31,076 nucleotides of DNA from a virus. Its lineage: Duplodnaviria > Caudoviricetes. The stretch's first letter is position 1. Every line of letters begins with the position of its first letter. The stretch spans positions 1 to 31,076 of IMG/VR virus record IMGVR_UViG_3300020042_009361; one strand, written 5' to 3'. A program made the translations under genes and the position numbers. Below, piece by piece: positions 26,756 to 31,076 of this stretch. Under the pieces are notes generated by a model that saw only the letters and a program-made list of their open reading frames with translations, ran no database searches and had not been told where the DNA came from.

Positions 26756-27412
26756 ATGGGATATTTAAATAACCAAATAGTAACAGTTGACGCTATTTTA
26801 ACAAAAAAAGGCAGAGAATTATTAGCAAGAAATGATGGCTCATTCCGTATTACCCAATTCTCATTATCTGATGATGAAATTGACTACACCTTATTCAACC
26901 CAACAAATCCTTCAGGATCAGCATATTATGGTCAAGCAATTGAAGGTATGCCTTTATTAGAAGCATTTTCAGATGAAACACAAATAATGAAATATCAACT
27001 CACCACATTACCCCGTGGCACAGCTAAAATGCCTATTCTTAACATTGGTTACACTAATATAATATTAAAACAAGGTGCATCATTATCTATTACACCTCAA
27101 ACATTAAATTATCTAGGTGGAACACAAACATATGAAACATCAGGGTATAACTTTACTATAGGTGATGTTAGAACAATGAGTGTATTTAATGGTGTAGGTG
27201 TTAATACAAATACTTCTACTGCTTTAAATTCAACTACTACTCTTGGGACTAATGTATCTAAAACAGTAATTGGTACTACATTAAACTTAACTGGTACCAC
27301 TATTAATACATTATTTGGTTCACAAACTCAATTACAAACAATATTAATTGTAACAGGTAGAGATAGTGGAGCAAGAGTTACTATTCCAATTACTATAACA
27401 AGAGTTAGTTAA
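26756..27412 (+). CDS. Baseplate/tail-fibre attachment-like structural protein (218 aa)
   Basis: DAILTKKGRELLA..ITQFSLSD; TATTTATA 26731-26738. Confidence 0.6.
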   Translation: MGYLNNQIVTVDAILTKKGRELLARNDGSFRITQFSLSDDEIDYTLFNPTNPSGSAYYGQAIEGMPLLEAFSDETQIMKYQLTTLPRGTAKMPILNIGYTNIILKQGASLSITPQTLNYLGGTQTYETSGYNFTIGDVRTMSVFNGVGVNTNTSTALNSTTTLGTNVSKTVIGTTLNLTGTTINTLFGSQTQLQTILIVTGRDSGARVTIPITITRVS

Positions 27413-27429
27413 TAAAAATATTATAAAAA

Positions 27430-28500
27430 ATGTCATATAAAACATTAGACCCCCAAGATTTTTTAATTAGTGCTGATAGTATAACAGCACCATGTTGGAC
27501 TAATTACTCCAACCCAATAATATCATTATATACTTCTTCTGTACAAGTAAATGGAACATCTGGTAATTATTACCTAAACATATATAATGCTGACCCATCA
27601 ACAGATACTTCTTCTGAGATTCAATTTAATATTGCTTACGGAGCTAAAAACGGATCAGGTTCATTATTATACAACGCGGGTATAAATGGTTTATCTCCTT
27701 CAAGAACAGTTTATGGACAATTCCGTAATTTAATTTATGGAGACGAGAATACTCAATTTTCATTTTCATCTGTAACTCCATCACAACAAGATTTTTATTC
27801 TATCACTATTGATAGAGCAAGATTTAAAGAATCACTTTTCCCAGGATCATTAAACCTAACATTATATTCTCAATCTAGAACTATAACATTAACTGATAAT
27901 AGTTTAGATACAACAACAATTACATATTGTGATGCAGGAAGAGTATTTCAAATAGTATCAGGAAGTAATGGAACAGCAGTATCTACAGCTAATAGTGCTC
28001 CTGGAGCAGTAAGCAATGGTATGACTATTTCAGGTTCATATGGTTTATTTCTACCAGATATTGGAACTATCATATTAAATGCACCTGCTTTAGATTTACC
28101 ATTTGCTAGTGGAGGTATTGCTTTAGGAACAAAACGTAACTCTAACACTAATGACTCCAATCCAGTACGTTTATATTCAACAGGCTCAAGTCGAGTAGGA
28201 TTATCAACAGGATCATATACAAGTAGTTTCTCATTAAACAGCAATGAAACAGTAACTTCTGATTTTGTATTTTGTAGAGCAAGAAATGCTGAATTCAATT
28301 ATACTGAAAACCCAAGCTTTATATCAGGAAGTACAGGAGCTGTATTATATGATTTATTCATTAATAGCCCAACTACCTATATTACAACAGTGGGAATGTA
28401 TAATGATTCAAATGAATTATTAGCTGTAGCTAAATTATCTAAACCACTTAAGAAAGATTTTACAAAAGAGGCATTAATACGTGTTAAGCTCGACTTTTGA
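27430..28500 (+). CDS. Baseplate/tail structural protein (356 aa), paralog of 29411-30400
   Basis: EFNYTENPSFISGSTG..YITTVGMYNDSNELLAVAKLSKPL. Confidence 0.7.
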   Translation: MSYKTLDPQDFLISADSITAPCWTNYSNPIISLYTSSVQVNGTSGNYYLNIYNADPSTDTSSEIQFNIAYGAKNGSGSLLYNAGINGLSPSRTVYGQFRNLIYGDENTQFSFSSVTPSQQDFYSITIDRARFKESLFPGSLNLTLYSQSRTITLTDNSLDTTTITYCDAGRVFQIVSGSNGTAVSTANSAPGAVSNGMTISGSYGLFLPDIGTIILNAPALDLPFASGGIALGTKRNSNTNDSNPVRLYSTGSSRVGLSTGSYTSSFSLNSNETVTSDFVFCRARNAEFNYTENPSFISGSTGAVLYDLFINSPTTYITTVGMYNDSNELLAVAKLSKPLKKDFTKEALIRVKLDF

Positions 28501-28550
28501 TTCTAAATAGCATTTCTTTAGTAAATTTCATATATTTATAATAAAATTAT

Positions 28551-29411
28551 ATGAAGGGAAAATGTAATTTAGTAAGATGCCAAATTTGTAATCAAGAAAT
28601 GTCTTTTGGTAGGATAAAAAACCATATTAATTCCCAACATAAAAATATAACTGTAGATCAATATATTAAAAAATATTGGTCTACTTTACCCTCATATCAT
28701 CCATGTGAGGTGTGTGAAGATAAAATTGTATATAAGTATAAAACATGTTCTAAAGAATGTAGAAATAAATTAGATCATGGACAAAAAGGTAAACCAAAAC
28801 CTAAAGGATTTATGGGGAAAGAACATAAATCTAAAATAAGTAAATCAAAAATAGGTACAATAGTCCCAAAAGAAATAGGTGATAAAATAAGTAAAAGTTC
28901 TACTGGAGTAAGTCGAAATAAAGGAAAAACTCCAATGTTAGGTAAAAAACAAAGTGAATACCAAAAACAAAGAGTTAGAGAAAGATTTAATAAATATTAC
29001 TCTGAAGGAAATAAACCTTGGACTAAAACCCATTCTCATACTTCTGAGACTATAGAAAAAATATTTTCTAAAAGATCCATAAATAAATTAGAAAAGTTTG
29101 TATCTAGTATATTAGATGAGAATAATATAAAATATCAACAACAATTTTTTATCAAAACAAAAGAAGGGGTTTGTAAATCATATGATTTTAAAATAAAAAA
29201 TACAAACATCTTACTTGAAATAGACGGAGATTACTGGCACGGTGGACCAGGCTTACAAAAACATTTTTATAAAGTAGAAGAAACTAAACATAATGATATG
29301 TTAAAAAATCAACTAGCATTAGAAAATAATTTTAATCTAATAAGGATATGGGAGAGTGATATTTATTCCCAACCTAGTATCATTATGGATAAAATAAAAG
29401 ATTTAATTTAA
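28551..29411 (+). CDS. Free-standing homing endonuclease-like protein (Zn-binding motifs + NUMOD3-like repeats + Vsr/DUF559 domain)
   Basis: CQIC..H..H, CEVC..C..C; EHKSKISKS, HTSETIEKI; YDF..LLEIDGDYWHG..D..K..IRIWESD. Confidence 0.8.
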   Translation: MKGKCNLVRCQICNQEMSFGRIKNHINSQHKNITVDQYIKKYWSTLPSYHPCEVCEDKIVYKYKTCSKECRNKLDHGQKGKPKPKGFMGKEHKSKISKSKIGTIVPKEIGDKISKSSTGVSRNKGKTPMLGKKQSEYQKQRVRERFNKYYSEGNKPWTKTHSHTSETIEKIFSKRSINKLEKFVSSILDENNIKYQQQFFIKTKEGVCKSYDFKIKNTNILLEIDGDYWHGGPGLQKHFYKVEETKHNDMLKNQLALENNFNLIRIWESDIYSQPSIIMDKIKDLI

Positions 29412-30400
29412 TGAGTGCTTTCAAACAATTTCTAAGCACGGATGTTATTGTATCTCCGTTAGTTGTTAACAAAAGTTTTTCTTTTGAGGGCACTGCGTCT
29501 TTAGATAATAATAATATTAAAAGATTAGTTGGTTGTGCTACACTATATTTATCTGCTAATGATATTGTTTATACTTCTATTTTTTCTCAATCTATATCAT
29601 CATCATTAATTTATAGTTCATTTAAACAATTATACTACACTAACTATATACCTAACCCAATTAGTGGTTCAACTTATACTGTTAATTATTTAGGACAAAC
29701 AGTAGAAGATGATTCATTAACTAATGTCTATAGTAGATTTTATAACTATGAACAAACTACTTTATTCCAAACTAATTCTAATAGTGCTTATACCTCTAAT
29801 ACTAATTATTCATATAATAGATATTTCCCCCACCCCAACACATCCAATCTAACCCCAGGATTATCTATACCTAGAAATCTATTTGGAGATTATATAAATC
29901 CTAATACTTTTTATTTTAAAATAACAACTAGTGATGCTTCGTCATTTGAAGAAATAAGAGATGATGGGAATGGTATATTAATACAAGTAGATGGTACCGA
30001 TATCGACTTCCAAAACAAATCAGTAGGTATTATCAATTATTCTCATGGTACTATTGTTTTCACATCAGGAGCAGATATTATATCCGATCAGTTAATCGGT
30101 AATTATTCTAATAATAATATGACTTGTAGCTTTCAAAGCTCAAGAACAATATATGAAACCCAATACAAATGTACTATTAGACCTGATGAATTTAACTTTA
30201 GTCTAAACCCATCTTTAATATCCGGCTCTACAGAAGGTACAGTATATAATTTTGTAACAGGCTCATATTTTAGTCCCTATGTTACTACAGTAGGTTTTTA
30301 TAATGAAGCACAAGAATTACTAATGGTGGCTAAATTAGGTCAACCACTCCCAACAAGTGCAACAACTGACACAACAATATTAGTTAATATAGATAAATAA
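29411..30400 (+). CDS. Baseplate/tail structural protein (329 aa), paralog of 27430-28500
   Basis: DEFNFSLNPSLISGSTEG..YVTTVGFYNEAQELLMVAKLGQPL. Confidence 0.7.
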   Translation: MSAFKQFLSTDVIVSPLVVNKSFSFEGTASLDNNNIKRLVGCATLYLSANDIVYTSIFSQSISSSLIYSSFKQLYYTNYIPNPISGSTYTVNYLGQTVEDDSLTNVYSRFYNYEQTTLFQTNSNSAYTSNTNYSYNRYFPHPNTSNLTPGLSIPRNLFGDYINPNTFYFKITTSDASSFEEIRDDGNGILIQVDGTDIDFQNKSVGIINYSHGTIVFTSGADIISDQLIGNYSNNNMTCSFQSSRTIYETQYKCTIRPDEFNFSLNPSLISGSTEGTVYNFVTGSYFSPYVTTVGFYNEAQELLMVAKLGQPLPTSATTDTTILVNIDK

Positions 30401-30404
30401 GATT

Positions 30405-30872
30405 ATGATAAATTGGTTATATAAAGGTAATAAAATTGAAAATATAGAAGATTTTGGTGAGCATACTCCCTTTGGATTTGTTTATATTATCTCCAACACA
30501 ACCAATGCTAGAATATATATTGGTAAAAAATTCCTACAACATAAAAAGACTAAAAAATTAGGTAAAAAAGTCATGGCTGAACAAACTGGTCCTGGTCGTA
30601 AGAAAACTAAAGAAGTCTCATACGCTGAATCAGATTGGCAAACATATTGGGGTAGTTGTAAACCATTATTAGAAGACGTAAAACATTTAGGTGAAGATAA
30701 ATTCTATAAAGAAATACTAGACCTAGCATGGTCATCAAAACACCTGTCATACCTTGAGGCTAAATACCAATTCAAAACAGATGTCTTAGAAACAAATAGC
30801 TATAACGATAACATACAAGCAAGATATTATAGAAAAGACTTGGCAACCCCAAGTTCTATTGATATATTGTAA
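30405..30872 (+). CDS. GIY-YIG endonuclease, T4 endonuclease II-like
   Basis: GFVYIISN..IYIG-KK, ESDWQTYWGS, catalytic-type E in YLEAKYQ, YNDNI. Confidence 0.8.
   Translation: MINWLYKGNKIENIEDFGEHTPFGFVYIISNTTNARIYIGKKFLQHKKTKKLGKKVMAEQTGPGRKKTKEVSYAESDWQTYWGSCKPLLEDVKHLGEDKFYKEILDLAWSSKHLSYLEAKYQFKTDVLETNSYNDNIQARYYRKDLATPSSIDIL
30839..30868 (+). promoter_or_regulatory. Variant promoter (CTTGGC-N18-TATATT) inside the endonuclease 3' end, ahead of primase
   Basis: Same box spacing as repeat family. Confidence 0.55.
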
Positions 30873-30874
30873 GT

Positions 30875-31076
30875 ATGGTAAATCAAGCTTTAGTAGCAAC
30901 AATAAATTCTGTTTTAGGTACTGGTAAGTCTACCTCTAAAGGTAATTTTGCTTACCATTGTCCATTCTGTAATCATCATAAACCTAAACTTGAAGTTAAT
31001 TTATCTGAAAACGAAAAAGGTGAACATCCATGGCATTGTTGGGTTTGTGATAAAAGAGGTAAAAGCTTAGTTAAAC
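30875..31076 (+). CDS. DNA primase, N-terminal zinc-binding domain (truncated by window)
   Basis: MVNQALVATINSVLG..YHCPFCNHHKPKL..WHCWVCDKRG. Confidence 0.75.
   Translation, partial: MVNQALVATINSVLGTGKSTSKGNFAYHCPFCNHHKPKLEVNLSENEKGEHPWHCWVCDKRGKSLVK

Noticed and set aside
584-28298. Minus-strand or nested ORFs (584, 1577, 2132, 2341, 2508, 3698, 4658, 4962, 5441, 5789, 18069, 19358, 21155, 23767, 27109, 27948)
   Set aside because: Shadow ORFs overlapping well-supported + strand genes, without promoter motif or leader
28250-30400. Diversity-generating retroelement TR/VR pair in the similar 3' ends of 27430-28500 and 29411-30400
   Set aside because: Similarity is at protein level with many non-adenine differences, both are full genes, and no reverse transcriptase is in the window
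1-31076. Stop-codon reassignment as in some Bacteroidota phages
   Set aside because: Standard code gives dense, full-length genes; the one break (9597) needs a frame change, not readthrough; no suppressor tRNA seen

Overview
AT-rich segment of a large lytic myovirus-like (T4-type baseplate) phage, most likely infecting Bacteroidota (TTTG/TAnnTTT-type promoters, A-rich SD-less leaders, a Sec signal peptide followed by Gln). 1-~7.9 kb: array of small early genes, most units preceded by a ~50-60 bp conserved promoter+leader repeat (TTTGGC-N18-TATATT...TAATTAAAAA) that begins at the previous stop codon; a palindrome-rich non-coding stretch lies at ~4.4-4.7 kb. 8.6-9.4 kb: tRNA operon (an enlarged tRNA-like RNA, tRNA-Cys, tRNA-CAT) followed by an ORF enclosed in inverted repeats. 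9.9-11.9 kb: HD hydrolase and gp55-like sigma factor. 11.9-30.4 kb: late baseplate/tail module (gp5-like, gp25, gp6, wedge/fibre-like proteins) with a recurring TATTTATA motif before start codons, an antisense secreted-protein gene and a Vsr/DUF559-type endonuclease insertion. The window ends with a GIY-YIG endonuclease II-like gene and the start of a primase. All family assignments are from motif recognition by eye, not database searches. Most striking: the promoter-bounded cassette array with 3' 'anti-leader' elements, the enlarged tRNA-like RNA, and the inverted-repeat-enclosed ORF.
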